Assembly (NCBI GenBank): GCA_963743915.1
Contig: CAVURN010000001.1
Coordinates: forward strand, 544,001 to 608,000
Length of the DNA stretch: 64,000 nucleotides
DNA from: an uncultured Actinomycetota bacterium
GTDB taxonomy: Bacteria > Actinomycetota > Actinomycetes > JAHEKZ01
Reading direction: 5' to 3'
A program made the translations under genes and the position numbers. Below the pieces are notes generated by a model. That model did no database searches. It was not told the DNA's origin and saw only the letters and a program-made list of their open reading frames with translations. Positions within the stretch are counted from its first letter, which is position 1; each line of letters opens with the position of its first letter. Positions 1 through 10,134 of this stretch are shown piece by piece.

Positions 1-197
1 GGGTGATGATCCACGAACCGGCCAAGTGGGTCGCCAGGATCCGCAGCACGGCGCAGCCCGGTGATACCCGCACCCTCTTCCGCGCCGAGCTCGGCGAGGG
101 TGGCCACACCGGACCGACCGGTCGCTACGCCCACCTCGCGTACGAGGCGGAGGTCGCCGCCTTCATCCTGCACGCGGTAGGCAAACTGACTACCTGA
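1..197 (+). CDS. S9 family peptidase (oligopeptidase B-like), C-terminal fragment; gene starts before window
   Basis: HEPAKWVARIR...GGHTGPTGRY...AEVAAFIL matches the oligopeptidase B C-terminus (EPAKW motif, catalytic His in GH). Confidence 0.75.
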   Translation, partial: VMIHEPAKWVARIRSTAQPGDTRTLFRAELGEGGHTGPTGRYAHLAYEAEVAAFILHAVGKLTT

Positions 198-285
198 GCC
201 GCCGATCAGCCGGACAGTATGTGCACCGTGCTCGACGTGTTGGTCAACTCTTGTCGTGCCGGCTGCGGAGGCCCACCCTGGCCGC

Positions 286-1176
286 ATGTTCGAGGAGGCC
301 CAGCTGTACGCCCCGGTGACCCGCGAGGACGGCGAGGTCACGGTGCACCTGGCGGCCGACCACCCCGGAGTGGCCGACCCTGAGTACCGCGCCCGGCGCA
401 ATGCGATCGCCGAGGCCGCCTTGGACTGGACCCCGGGCCAGCCGCTCCCGGAGATCGCCTACACCGACGAGGAGCACCGCGTCTGGCAGCTGGTCGCCCG
501 TGAGCTGCACGCCAAGCACCAGCACTTGGCGCCCCGCGAGGTCGTCGAGGCCGGAAAGCGCCTCGGGCTGCCCGCGGACCACATCCCGCAGCTGTCGGAG
601 GTCAACGACCTGCTCGCACCGCACACCGGCTTCCGCTACCAGCCGGCGGCGGGCCTGGTCCCGCTCGCCGAGTTCTACGGATCGCTGGCCGACCGCCGGT
701 TCTGGTCGACGCAGTACATCCGGCACGCCTCCCTGCCGCTCTACACCCCCGAGCCGGACGTCATCCACGAGGTCGTGGGCCATGCCACGACGCTCGCCAG
801 CCCACGGCTCGCGGCGCTCTACGAGGCCGCCGGCGGCGCGGCGCGGCGCTGCGAGTCACCGGATGCGCTGGAGTTCGTGAGCAAGGTCTTCTGGTTCTCG
901 CTCGAGTTCGGCGTGCTGCGGGAGAACGGACATCCCAAGGCGTACGGCGCCGGACTGCTGTCCAGCTACGGCGAGATCGAGGAGTTCCAGGGGGCCGAGC
1001 TCCGCCCCCTGGACATCCCCGCCATGGGCACCACCACCTATGACATCACGCACTACCAGCCCGTCCTGTTCTGCGGCGAGTCGCTCGAGCACGTCGAGGA
1101 CGTCGTCGGAGGCTTCTTCGAGAGTGCCGACGACGAGCTGGTGCGCCGACTGGGGGCGTTGCAGCACACCGCCTGA
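286..1176 (+). CDS. phhA: Phenylalanine 4-monooxygenase (pterin-dependent aromatic amino acid hydroxylase)
   Basis: DHPG..DPEYRARR, STQYIRH, YTPEPDVIHEVVGH (Fe ligands), FWFSLEFG, KAYGAGLLSSYGE; ATG at 286. Confidence 0.93.
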   Translation: MFEEAQLYAPVTREDGEVTVHLAADHPGVADPEYRARRNAIAEAALDWTPGQPLPEIAYTDEEHRVWQLVARELHAKHQHLAPREVVEAGKRLGLPADHIPQLSEVNDLLAPHTGFRYQPAAGLVPLAEFYGSLADRRFWSTQYIRHASLPLYTPEPDVIHEVVGHATTLASPRLAALYEAAGGAARRCESPDALEFVSKVFWFSLEFGVLRENGHPKAYGAGLLSSYGEIEEFQGAELRPLDIPAMGTTTYDITHYQPVLFCGESLEHVEDVVGGFFESADDELVRRLGALQHTA

Positions 1177-1216
1177 CCGTTTGGCAAAGGTGACGCACCG
1201 CTCTGTGCGCGGGAGG

Positions 1217-2968
1217 ATGGCGGGCGTGACTGCCTCCCCCGCCACGTTCGCCGAGCTCGGTCTGCGACCTGAGCTGCTCGACGCGCTCACCGGGCTCGGC
1301 TACGAGGAGCCCACCCCCATCCAGCGCGAGGCGATCCCACCCCTTCTTGCGGGGCACGACCTGCTCGGCCAGGCGGCGACTGGCACCGGCAAGACCGCCG
1401 CCTTCGCGCTGCCCCTGCTCAACCGGCTTCCGGACGGACAGCGGGGAGACCGCCCGTCGGCACTTGTCCTGGTTCCGACGCGCGAGCTCTGCGTGCAGGT
1501 GTCCGAGGCCCTGCACCGCTACGGACGCGGCCGCGAGGCGCGCGTGCTGCCCATCTACGGCGGCCAGCCGATCGTCCGGCAGCTGCGCGAGCTCAAACGT
1601 GGCGTCGACGTCGTCGTCGCCACCCCGGGTCGCGCCTTCGACCACGTGAAGCGCGGCACGCTCGACCTGTCCGAGGTCGACGTCATCGTGCTCGACGAGG
1701 CGGACGAGATGCTCGACATGGGCTTCGCCGAGGACCTCGACGGCATCCTGTCCACGGCGCCTCACCCGCACCAGACCGTCCTGTTCTCCGCCACCATGCC
1801 GTCCAAGATCGGCAAGATCGCCCGCACCTACCTCAACGACCCGGTGCGGATCGAGATCGAACGCGAGTCCGTGCCGGCCGGCGAGACGCCACGCGTCCGG
1901 CAGTCCGCCTACATCGTGTCCAGGTCGCACAAACCTGCGGCGCTGGGGCGGATCCTCGACATCGAGTCGCCGACGGCGGCCCTGGTCTTCTGCCGCACGC
2001 GTGCCGAGGTGGAGTCGCTGGCCGAGTCGCTCAACGGACGCGGCTACCGGGCCGAGGCGCTGCACGGCGGCATGGACCAGCACCAGCGTGACCGGGTGAT
2101 GAACCGGCTGCGCTCAGGAGCCGCCGACCTGATCGTCGCCACCGACGTGGCGGCGCGAGGACTCGATGTCGAGCAGCTCACGCACGTCGTCAACTACGAC
2201 GTCCCTTCTGCGCCGGAGTCGTACGTGCACCGGATCGGTCGGGTGGGACGCGGCGGTCGCGAGGGTGTCGCCGTGACCTTGGCCGAGCCCCGTGAGCACC
2301 GCATGCTCAAGACGATCGAACGGGTGACCCGCAGCAAGATCACGGTCGAGAAGGTGCCGACCGTCGCCGACCTGCACGCACGTCGCCTCGAGGTCACCCG
2401 CGCTGCGCTGGAGGAGGTCCTCCTCGCAGGCGACCTCGACCACGTGGGCGTCGTCGTCGAGTCCCTGACCGACCAGTTCGACGTCGTCGAGGTGGCGATG
2501 GCGGCGGTCAAGCTGGCCCACGAGGCGGTGGCCGGTCCAGCCGACGACGAGGAGATCCCCGAGGCGTCGGCACCGAAGGATCACGCGCCCGGAAAGGGGG
2601 GCAAGGCGCACCGACCCGACGCAGCGGGCCGCGAGCGCAGGAAGACCGCCACCGGTCGCGGACCGGGCGACGGCGCCACCGCCCGCGTGTACGTGGCGGC
2701 GGGACGGGCGGCAGGCGTCCGACCACAGGACCTCGTGGGCGCGGTGGCCGGCGAGACGCGCCTGACCGGTCGCGACGTCGGGGCCATCGAGATCACCGAC
2801 CGGTTCTCGCTGGTCGAGGTCCCCGCAGACGCCGTCGACGAGGTGGTCGACGCGCTTCGCGCCACCCGCATCAAGGGCCGCAAGGTGCAGGTGCGCCGTG
2901 ACCGGGAGGGCGGACGTCCCGCGGGACGCGGTGCCCCCCGGCCCCGTGGCAGCCGGTCGAAGCCGTAG
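1217..2968 (+). CDS. deaD: DEAD-box RNA helicase with C-terminal DbpA-type RNA-binding domain (DeaD/CsdA-like)
   Basis: Q motif PTPIQ, AATGTGKT, PTREL, DEAD, SAT, TDVAARGLD, HRIGRVGR; C-terminal RPQDLVGAVAGE. Confidence 0.92.
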   Translation: MAGVTASPATFAELGLRPELLDALTGLGYEEPTPIQREAIPPLLAGHDLLGQAATGTGKTAAFALPLLNRLPDGQRGDRPSALVLVPTRELCVQVSEALHRYGRGREARVLPIYGGQPIVRQLRELKRGVDVVVATPGRAFDHVKRGTLDLSEVDVIVLDEADEMLDMGFAEDLDGILSTAPHPHQTVLFSATMPSKIGKIARTYLNDPVRIEIERESVPAGETPRVRQSAYIVSRSHKPAALGRILDIESPTAALVFCRTRAEVESLAESLNGRGYRAEALHGGMDQHQRDRVMNRLRSGAADLIVATDVAARGLDVEQLTHVVNYDVPSAPESYVHRIGRVGRGGREGVAVTLAEPREHRMLKTIERVTRSKITVEKVPTVADLHARRLEVTRAALEEVLLAGDLDHVGVVVESLTDQFDVVEVAMAAVKLAHEAVAGPADDEEIPEASAPKDHAPGKGGKAHRPDAAGRERRKTATGRGPGDGATARVYVAAGRAAGVRPQDLVGAVAGETRLTGRDVGAIEITDRFSLVEVPADAVDEVVDALRATRIKGRKVQVRRDREGGRPAGRGAPRPRGSRSKP

Positions 2969-3025
2969 GGCAGACTCGGTCTGCAGGCCGGCGACGGCTG
3001 CTGAACCGATGTCTTCGGAGGAGTC

Positions 3026-4483
3026 ATGACCCACCGCATTGCGCTGCCCGCCGAGGGCGTCACCCCCGTCCCGATCGCCGGGGAGGCCGTGACCGGCACC
3101 GAGAGCTCGCAGGTGAACTCCCCGTTCAGCGGCGGACGCGTCGGGGACGTTCCGTTCTTGGGGCAGGCTGAGGTCGACCGGGCGGTCGCCGCCGCCAAGA
3201 GCGCGCTGCACAACGAGCCGTTGCCGCCGTGGCGGCGCGCGGAGATTCTCGACAAGGCTGCTGCCCTGCTGCGTGAGCGGCAGGAGGAGTTCGCGCAGAT
3301 CATCGCGCACGAGGCGGCCAAGCCGATCAAGACGGCGCGGGTCGAGGCGGACCGAGCGATCGGCACCTTCACCTTCGCCGCGGTCGAGGCGCGCAAGCTG
3401 GCCGGAGAGGTGGTCCCGATCCAGGCCGCCTCAGGCGGCGACACCAAGGTCGCGTACACGATGCGCGTCCCCATCGGCGTGGTCGGGGCGATCAGTCCCT
3501 TCAACTTCCCGCTCAACCTGGTGGCCCACAAGGTGGCACCGGCGATCGCGGCGGGCTGCCCGGTGGTGCTCAAGCCCGCCGGCCAGACGCCCTTCAGCGC
3601 CATCGCCCTCGCCTGGCTGCTGATCGAGGAGTGCGGCTTGCCGGCGTCCTACCTGTCGGTGGTCACCGGGCCCGGCTCGGTCGTCGGCAACGCGCTGGTC
3701 GACCATCCCGACGTGGCGCTCATCACGTTCACCGGCTCACCCGAGGTCGGCTGGGGGATCAAGGCACGTGCGCCGCGCAAGCACGTCGGTCTCGAGCTCG
3801 GGAACAACGCCCCCGTCATCATCGCCGAGGACGGCGACTGGCAGAAAGCGGCGGACAAGATTCGGGTAGCGGGCTTCTCGCACGCCGGCCAGTCGTGCAT
3901 CTCGACGCAGCGGGTCTTCGTCCACGAGTCGGTGGTCGCCGACTTCACGGCGCGATTGAAGGCAGGCGTCGAGACGCTCGTGGTCGGTGACCCGCTCGAC
4001 CCGGAGACCGACGTTTCCGCGCTCATCTCCGAGAGTGAGCGGGACCGGGTCAAGACCTGGGTGGACGAGGCCGTGGCGCAGGGCGGCGAGATCGTGACCG
4101 GGGGACGACTGGATGACAACGGGGTCCTGATGCCGACGATCATCGGCAACGCCAAGCCCGAGATGCAGGTGTGCATCAAGGAGGTGTTCGGCCCCGTCGT
4201 GGCGATCCAGTCGGTCGACTCGGTCGACGAAGGCCTCAAGCTCGCGAACGACACGGCGTATGGCCTTCAAGCGGCCATCTTCACCCGCGACCTGTCGACG
4301 GCATTCGAGGCCGTGCACACCCTCGACTTCGGTGGCGTGCTCGTCAACGAGGTGCCCACGTGGCGCGCCGACCAGATGCCCTACGGCGGCATCCGTGACT
4401 CCGGCAACACCCGCGAAGGTCCTGCCTACTCGGTCCGCGAGATGACCGAGACCCGTCTGGTGCTCATCGAGACGGCGCGCTGA
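3026..4483 (+). CDS. NAD(P)-dependent aldehyde dehydrogenase
   Basis: PFNFP, FTGS, LELGNN, GQSCIS (catalytic Cys), EVFGP; GGAG RBS. Confidence 0.93.
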   Translation: MTHRIALPAEGVTPVPIAGEAVTGTESSQVNSPFSGGRVGDVPFLGQAEVDRAVAAAKSALHNEPLPPWRRAEILDKAAALLRERQEEFAQIIAHEAAKPIKTARVEADRAIGTFTFAAVEARKLAGEVVPIQAASGGDTKVAYTMRVPIGVVGAISPFNFPLNLVAHKVAPAIAAGCPVVLKPAGQTPFSAIALAWLLIEECGLPASYLSVVTGPGSVVGNALVDHPDVALITFTGSPEVGWGIKARAPRKHVGLELGNNAPVIIAEDGDWQKAADKIRVAGFSHAGQSCISTQRVFVHESVVADFTARLKAGVETLVVGDPLDPETDVSALISESERDRVKTWVDEAVAQGGEIVTGGRLDDNGVLMPTIIGNAKPEMQVCIKEVFGPVVAIQSVDSVDEGLKLANDTAYGLQAAIFTRDLSTAFEAVHTLDFGGVLVNEVPTWRADQMPYGGIRDSGNTREGPAYSVREMTETRLVLIETAR

Positions 4484-5369
4484 CCCCCACCCTCCGGTGA
4501 GCCAGCTCCACAGCGCGTGAACGGGGGCCGAGCACGGCCTGCAGCGACCTGAGCATGGCCGAGCAGGCCAGCTGGTCACTGCGCTGGACCACCGACGGAC
4601 GTGGCCGCGAACCCAGTGCTTCGTGCGCCCACGGCGGGAGCAGGTCGGCGGCCGCGCGCACGAGCACCTCGTAGGCCGGCCACGCGCCTACAGGCAGCGC
4701 TCGCCCCGGGAAACGCAGGAAGCGCGCGACCGCCTGAGTCTCCAACCCGCCTCCGACCTCGGCGGTGAAGGACGCGATGGCTGCCTGCAGCTCGCGGACC
4801 GTCCGCGGTGGTTCCGGCACGCCCAGCGCACGTGCGAGTACGCCCATCTCGTCGACGTACCGGTCTGCGTCGACCGTGCCCGTGCCGTACCGCTGGTACG
4901 CGAGGAGCATCGACTCAGTGAGACCGACGTGCACCCACAGCAGCAGCCGGGGGTCCTGGGCCGAGTACGCACGACCGTCGGGCGCGATGCCGACGACCCG
5001 CTCGTGGACCCGGCGGACCATGGCCGCTGTCTGCTCGGCGAGCTCGGTGGTGCCGAACGTCGAGGTGGTCACGTACAGGTTGGTGCGCTGGAGCCGACCC
5101 AACGGGTCCTCGCGATAGCTGGAGTGCTGTTCGACTCCCGCCAGTGCGAGGGGGTGGCACGCCTGCAACATCAACGCTCGGACTCCCCCGACGAGGGTGG
5201 CCAGGCTGCCGTTGACCTCCCATGCCGCGCTGTCAGGGCCGAACCAGCCGGCGTCCCCGGGGCGTCCGATGGCTTTCACCCAGGGAGGCTCTCCGTCGGG
5301 GTCACCGGACAGGATGACGCGGAAGTTCCGTCGAACGGCGTCGGCGCCCGGCAGTGGCAGGATGCTCAC
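4464..5369 (-). CDS. DUF2236 / MpaB-like oxygenase family protein
   Basis: GWFGPDS..W.V, GGVRALMLQACHP...AGVEQHS.YREDPLGRLQRT, YSAQDPRLLLWVH. Confidence 0.85.
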   Translation of the reverse strand: MSILPLPGADAVRRNFRVILSGDPDGEPPWVKAIGRPGDAGWFGPDSAAWEVNGSLATLVGGVRALMLQACHPLALAGVEQHSSYREDPLGRLQRTNLYVTTSTFGTTELAEQTAAMVRRVHERVVGIAPDGRAYSAQDPRLLLWVHVGLTESMLLAYQRYGTGTVDADRYVDEMGVLARALGVPEPPRTVRELQAAIASFTAEVGGGLETQAVARFLRFPGRALPVGAWPAYEVLVRAAADLLPPWAHEALGSRPRPSVVQRSDQLACSAMLRSLQAVLGPRSRAVELAHRRVGVSAPSR

Positions 5370-5434
5370 CGCACCAGCATGCCGTCCGACCGCGGTCGGC
5401 GCAGGTCGAGGTGCCCGGAACGAGGAGGGGGCGC

Positions 5435-5899
5435 ATGCACCCGAGCAACATCCGTGTGCAGGAGTCGCTGGCCGCGGCCGGGGTCGAGGCGCACGTGCGG
5501 CGACTGCCGGAGTCGACGCACACGGCTGCAGCGGCGGCCGAGGTCCTGGGGTGCTCCATCGGAGCCATCGCCAACAGTCTGGTGTTCATGGCCGACGACG
5601 CACCCATCCTGGTGATGGCCAGTGGGGCGGCGAAGGTCGACACGGCTCTGCTCGCCACGCTCATCGGCGTCCGCGAGGTCCGTCGGGCCAACGCCGACGA
5701 GGTGCGCGCGGCGACCGGGTTCCCGATCGGGGGCGTGGCCCCCGTCGGACACCCGAAGTCGCTGCGGACGTGGATCGACGTCGAGCTGGAGCAGTATCCG
5801 GAGATCTGGGCTGCCGGCGGCACGCCGGACAGCATCGTCGGGCTGACCTATGAGGGACTGCTGACGGCAACAGGCGGAACGCCTACGCGCGTCCGCTGA
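5435..5899 (+). CDS. YbaK/EbsC family aminoacyl-tRNA editing domain protein
   Basis: THTAAAAAEVLG...IANSLVF, TGFPIGGVAPVGH, IWAAGGTP; GAGGAG before ATG 5435. Confidence 0.88.
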   Translation: MHPSNIRVQESLAAAGVEAHVRRLPESTHTAAAAAEVLGCSIGAIANSLVFMADDAPILVMASGAAKVDTALLATLIGVREVRRANADEVRAATGFPIGGVAPVGHPKSLRTWIDVELEQYPEIWAAGGTPDSIVGLTYEGLLTATGGTPTRVR

Positions 5900-5940
5900 T
5901 CCGCGGGGACGTCGAGTCCCCCGGCTGCCACGTGTCCGGC

Positions 5941-6696
5941 TCATCCGTCCGGCTGCGCCGCGATCGTGTCCAGGTCGCGCAGAGCGAAGCGGAGGTGCTC
6001 CCACTCCTCCTCGAGGATCACGTGCAGGCACGACAGCACCGTCTCCTCGTGCTCGGGGGCATGGGGATTTCTCCTCGGCTCGGCCAGCACCTCCGGTGTG
6101 ACGGTGGCCAGGAAGTCGTCCACCATCTTCACGCGACCCGCCCGGACTTCGAGCACCTCGGCATAGGCAGGGATGACGGTCGTGAAGATCGACAGGTCGT
6201 GGCCGTCTTCCCCGAAGCCGGCATCTGCTTGACCGATGGGGTGGAACGGCTGCTCGATCTCCAGGATCGACCGGCCCAGCCATGCGTCCGTGGCGAGCAC
6301 CAGGTGCCGCAACGTCTGCGCGAACGACCACTCGCCACCGACCGAGACGTCGACGGTGCCGGGAGGCATCGACGCGACCCGATCGAGTGTCGTCGTCCAG
6401 CTGCCCTGCAGGGTGACCCAGGCCTTTCGCAGGCCGTGCGGGTCCTCCGCGCGACGCTCCACCCGGCCGGGAAAGCGCCGGTTGAGCTCGGCCTCGACCA
6501 GGGGGACCACGTCGACGCCGTTGACCACCAAGCCCGCACCCTCGGAGAGCCACGGCGCGTCGATATCTGCCCCCGCCAGGTCGACGCCACGCATGACCAC
6601 CCCCGACAGGTCCGCCGCGACGAACCGGGCTCCGCGCAGATTCACGTCCCTGAACTCCGACGCTTGCAGGTCGTCGGAGCGGCTGAAGGTCACCAT
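5941..6696 (-). CDS. DinB family protein with N-terminal pentapeptide repeats
   Basis: LRGARF/DLSGVV/DLAGAD pentapeptides; GEWSFAQTLRHL and CLHVILEEEWEH DinB motifs. Confidence 0.85.
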   Translation of the reverse strand: MVTFSRSDDLQASEFRDVNLRGARFVAADLSGVVMRGVDLAGADIDAPWLSEGAGLVVNGVDVVPLVEAELNRRFPGRVERRAEDPHGLRKAWVTLQGSWTTTLDRVASMPPGTVDVSVGGEWSFAQTLRHLVLATDAWLGRSILEIEQPFHPIGQADAGFGEDGHDLSIFTTVIPAYAEVLEVRAGRVKMVDDFLATVTPEVLAEPRRNPHAPEHEETVLSCLHVILEEEWEHLRFALRDLDTIAAQPDG

Positions 6697-6707
6697 CGGC
6701 TCGTCCT

Positions 6708-7577
6708 CTAGCTCTGGAGCGCGCTGATCACGTCGACCCCGACCTTGAGGAAGTCCTTCCGCTGGTCGCTCGTGGGGGGGTAGAAGATGAACTCGGTGAA
6801 ACCGAGCGGCGCGAACCTCTCCACGAGCCGGGGAACTGCCGAGTGGTCGCTCCACGCGTCGAAGGCCTCGTCGAAGGCGAGCAGCGAGCGGGTGAGGCTC
6901 GTTGGATCGCGACCGATTTCGGCGAGGTAGTCGTCGAGCATCGCGCAGCGTTCGCTCATGCCGCGGTGGAACTCGTCGATGTCGGTGATGTCGATCCAGG
7001 CATTCCAGGTGTCGGCCGCCCGAGCCGCCATCTTGGCGATGCGCGGACCGTTGCCGGCCAGGGCGATCGGCAACCGAGGCTGCTGGACGCAGCCCGGCGC
7101 CATGGCCGCGTTGGTGTACTGGGTGAATGTCCCGCTGAAGTCGCTCGTGTCCTGACGCAGCAGACGGTCGATGACCGCGGTGCCCTCCTCCAACCGGTCG
7201 ACGCGCTCCTTGGCCGACATCTCGTGCACGGTCCGGCCCGCCATGAGCTGGTCGTCCACCTGCCCACAGCCCAGCCCGAGCACGAACCGCCCGTTGCTCA
7301 GCTGGTCCACCGTCATGGCGAAGCGGGCCACCTGGACGGGGTCGCGCCAGGCGAGGTTGGTGACGAGCATCCCCAGCTCCAGGTCCTCGGTCTCCGAGGC
7401 CAGGGCACCGAGCGTGACCCACGGGTCCAGCAGCGGGGCGGGCCGGTCACGCCAGTCGCCCAGGGTGTCCCCGACCCACGCCGTGTCGAACGCGGTGTCC
7501 TCCATCCGCATGGCGAGGTCACGGCTGTGCTTGGTGTCGCGCGGGATGATGTACACGCCGAAGGAGAGGTCCGCCAT
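6708..7577 (-). CDS. LLM class flavin-dependent oxidoreductase (luciferase-like)
   Basis: FDTAWVGD, LDPWVTLGALA, RDPVQVARFAMTVDQLSNGRFVLGLG. Confidence 0.88.
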   Translation of the reverse strand: MADLSFGVYIIPRDTKHSRDLAMRMEDTAFDTAWVGDTLGDWRDRPAPLLDPWVTLGALASETEDLELGMLVTNLAWRDPVQVARFAMTVDQLSNGRFVLGLGCGQVDDQLMAGRTVHEMSAKERVDRLEEGTAVIDRLLRQDTSDFSGTFTQYTNAAMAPGCVQQPRLPIALAGNGPRIAKMAARAADTWNAWIDITDIDEFHRGMSERCAMLDDYLAEIGRDPTSLTRSLLAFDEAFDAWSDHSAVPRLVERFAPLGFTEFIFYPPTSDQRKDFLKVGVDVISALQS

Positions 7578-7672
7578 GCCCGTGATCGTGCCACAGGGCT
7601 GGGCAGGCACACTCGAACCCATGCGGCTGCGCCACCTGATCGACCGGCGCTGACACGGGCCGACTGCGCCGG

Positions 7673-9658
7673 CTAGCGGGACAGCTCGGGCAGGTCGCGG
7701 AACGCGTCGAGCGACTCGGGGTTGGCGAGGGCCTCGCGGTTGCGCACCTCGCGTCCGTGGATCACGTCGGCCACGGCGAGCTCGGCCAGCTTGTTGCTTC
7801 GGGTGCGCGGAAGGTCGTCGACGGCCACGATCCGGGCCGGCACGTGGCGGGGCGAGCAGTTCTCCCGCAGCGTGCGCTTGATGGTGGTCACGAGGGAGTC
7901 GTCGAGCTCACGCCCGTCGGCCAGCCGGACGAACAGCACGATGCGCGTGTCGTCGTCCCACGCCTGCCCGACGGCCAGAGCCTCGACGACCTGGGGCAGC
8001 CGCTCGACCTGCCGGTAGATCTCGGCGGTGCCGATCCGGACGCCGCCGGCGTTCAGCGTCGCGTCGGAACGACCGTGGATCACCAGTCCGGCATGCGGCG
8101 TCCACGACGCGAAGTCACCGTGCGCCCACACGCCGGGGAAGCGGTCGAAGTACGCACCGTGGTACCGCTCGCCCGTGGGGTCGTTCCAGAAGCTGACCGG
8201 CATCGACGGAAAGGGCACCGTGCAGACCAGCTCGCCGTGCCTGCCTGGCTCACCCTTGAGCGAGGCGCCCGTCTCGTCGAAGACGTCGACGGCCATGCCG
8301 AGCACGGGTCCTTGGATCTCGCCGCGGTAGACCGGACGGGTGGGGTCACCGGCGACGAAGCAGCCACAGATGTCGGTGCCGCCCGAGATCGAGGCCAGGT
8401 GCACGTCGGACTTGATCGACCCGTACACGTACTCGAAGCCCTCGTCCACCAGCGGAGAGCCGGTCGACGCGATGGTGCGGAGCGTGCTGAGCCGGTGTGT
8501 GCGCAGCGGGTGGAGGTCTGCCTTGCGTGAGGCGTCCAGGTACTTGGCGGAGGTGCCGAACAGGGTGATGCCGAGCTCGTCGACGAGGTCCCACAGCCGT
8601 TCCGGGTGAGGGTGGAACGGTGACCCGTCGTAGAGAACCAGCGATGCGCCGCAGGCCAGTGCCGACATCAGCCAGTTCCACATCATCCAGCCGCACGTCG
8701 TGAAGTAGAAGACGACGTCGCCCGGCCCGACGTCGCAGTGCAGCCGCTGCTCGACCGCGTGCTTGAGGGTCAGGCCGGCGCCGCTGTGCACGATGCACTT
8801 GGGGGCCCCGGTGGTCCCTGAGCTGTAGAGGATGAATCCCGGTGCATCGACAGGGAGTCGCAACGGCGCGCTGGGTGCGGTCGACGCGCCACTGGCCAGA
8901 GCCTCGTCCCACCCCGTCGCCACAGGGATGCCGTCGAGCGAGGGGTTGGGTTCCAGCTCACCCACGACGACGGTCGCGCGGACCGAGGGAAGCCCGGCCA
9001 CGACCTCGGCGAGCCGGTCGATGCGCGGTTGGTGCTTTCCGGCGTAGACGTAGCCGTCGGTGCCGACGAGCACCGTGGGCTCGACCTGCCCGAACCGGTC
9101 GAGCACCCCCGCGACCCCGAAGTCGGGTGACGTCGAGGTGAAGACAGCACCGACCAAGGACGTCCCGAGCATCGCCACCAAGACCTCGGGGGTGTTGGGC
9201 AGCCACGCAGCGACGCGGTCACCGGGCTGGACGCCGTGCGCCAGCAGGAAGCCGGCGAAGGCGTACGCCTGAGCCTCCAGCTCCGCCCACGTGAGGGTGC
9301 GTCGGACGTCGTCCTCCCGGACGAACGTGACGGCGGTCGTCGCGGAGTCCACCCCGGCGCGCTCGACGCCGTGCAGCAGGTTCTCGCCGTAGCAGACCCG
9401 GGCACCGGGAAAGAAGCGGGCGCTCTCCATGCCGTCGGCGCCCTCGGTACAGGCGGGGCCGTCGCCGCGGTCTCCGACGACCCAACGCGCGAACACGCTG
9501 TCCCAGAAGTCGCCGGGGTGGTCGACCGACCACCGGTGCACGGCTTCGGAGTCAGGGAGGGCGAGCCCGGTCGACTCCGCGACGGCGCGTCGGAAGGCGT
9601 CGAGCTGGGTGGCGGCGACGCGGTCAGGCGCCGGCGTCCAAAGAGGGGTGTCGGTCAC
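7673..9658 (-). CDS. Acetoacetate--CoA ligase (acetoacetyl-CoA synthetase)
   Basis: YSSGTTGAPKCIVH, YFTTCGWMMWNW, SISGGTD, GRSDATLN, PRTRSNK, LANPE. Confidence 0.93.
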   Translation of the reverse strand: MTDTPLWTPAPDRVAATQLDAFRRAVAESTGLALPDSEAVHRWSVDHPGDFWDSVFARWVVGDRGDGPACTEGADGMESARFFPGARVCYGENLLHGVERAGVDSATTAVTFVREDDVRRTLTWAELEAQAYAFAGFLLAHGVQPGDRVAAWLPNTPEVLVAMLGTSLVGAVFTSTSPDFGVAGVLDRFGQVEPTVLVGTDGYVYAGKHQPRIDRLAEVVAGLPSVRATVVVGELEPNPSLDGIPVATGWDEALASGASTAPSAPLRLPVDAPGFILYSSGTTGAPKCIVHSGAGLTLKHAVEQRLHCDVGPGDVVFYFTTCGWMMWNWLMSALACGASLVLYDGSPFHPHPERLWDLVDELGITLFGTSAKYLDASRKADLHPLRTHRLSTLRTIASTGSPLVDEGFEYVYGSIKSDVHLASISGGTDICGCFVAGDPTRPVYRGEIQGPVLGMAVDVFDETGASLKGEPGRHGELVCTVPFPSMPVSFWNDPTGERYHGAYFDRFPGVWAHGDFASWTPHAGLVIHGRSDATLNAGGVRIGTAEIYRQVERLPQVVEALAVGQAWDDDTRIVLFVRLADGRELDDSLVTTIKRTLRENCSPRHVPARIVAVDDLPRTRSNKLAELAVADVIHGREVRNREALANPESLDAFRDLPELSR

Positions 9659-9679
9659 GGCTCCATCTTGCCGTGAGGG

Positions 9680-9955
9680 TCACCGCAAGGGGCGCAACGG
9701 GATCAGAAGACTGCGGATGACCGGCGGGTCGGGGTACCGGACCTCCTGCACCGTCATGTGTCCGGTGGGGGTGTCGGTGCCGGAGTGCGGCGACTCCACC
9801 CCAGAGGTGGAGAGCCAGAAGTCGACCATCTCGTCGAAGGCGGTGGCCTGGTCCTCGTCGATCAGGTTGCGCACCCCCGAACGAGGGTCGACCCAGCCGA
9901 TGGCCCGCCCCCGGTCGTCCAGCACGTCGATGCGGTCAGCCACAGGTGGCGTCAT
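9680..9955 (-). CDS. Hypothetical protein (about 91 aa)
   Basis: Natural composition, AAGGGG RBS before ATG 9955; no family recognised. Confidence 0.5.
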   Translation of the reverse strand: MTPPVADRIDVLDDRGRAIGWVDPRSGVRNLIDEDQATAFDEMVDFWLSTSGVESPHSGTDTPTGHMTVQEVRYPDPPVIRSLLIPLRPLR

Positions 9956-10134
9956 GGCGCACCCCTTCCGTCCCCCTGCTGAGCATTGCCCACTTCCCTT
10001 CGATGGTTGTCGGCGCGACACACCACCGAGTTGATCCCACGCCGGCCCGAGGGTTGCGCCGATCGGGTGACACGCCCGAAGGAGCAGGCGGTGCCAGGCC
10101 GATCTCCTGGCCAGACAACATCCCTGGAGGTCCT

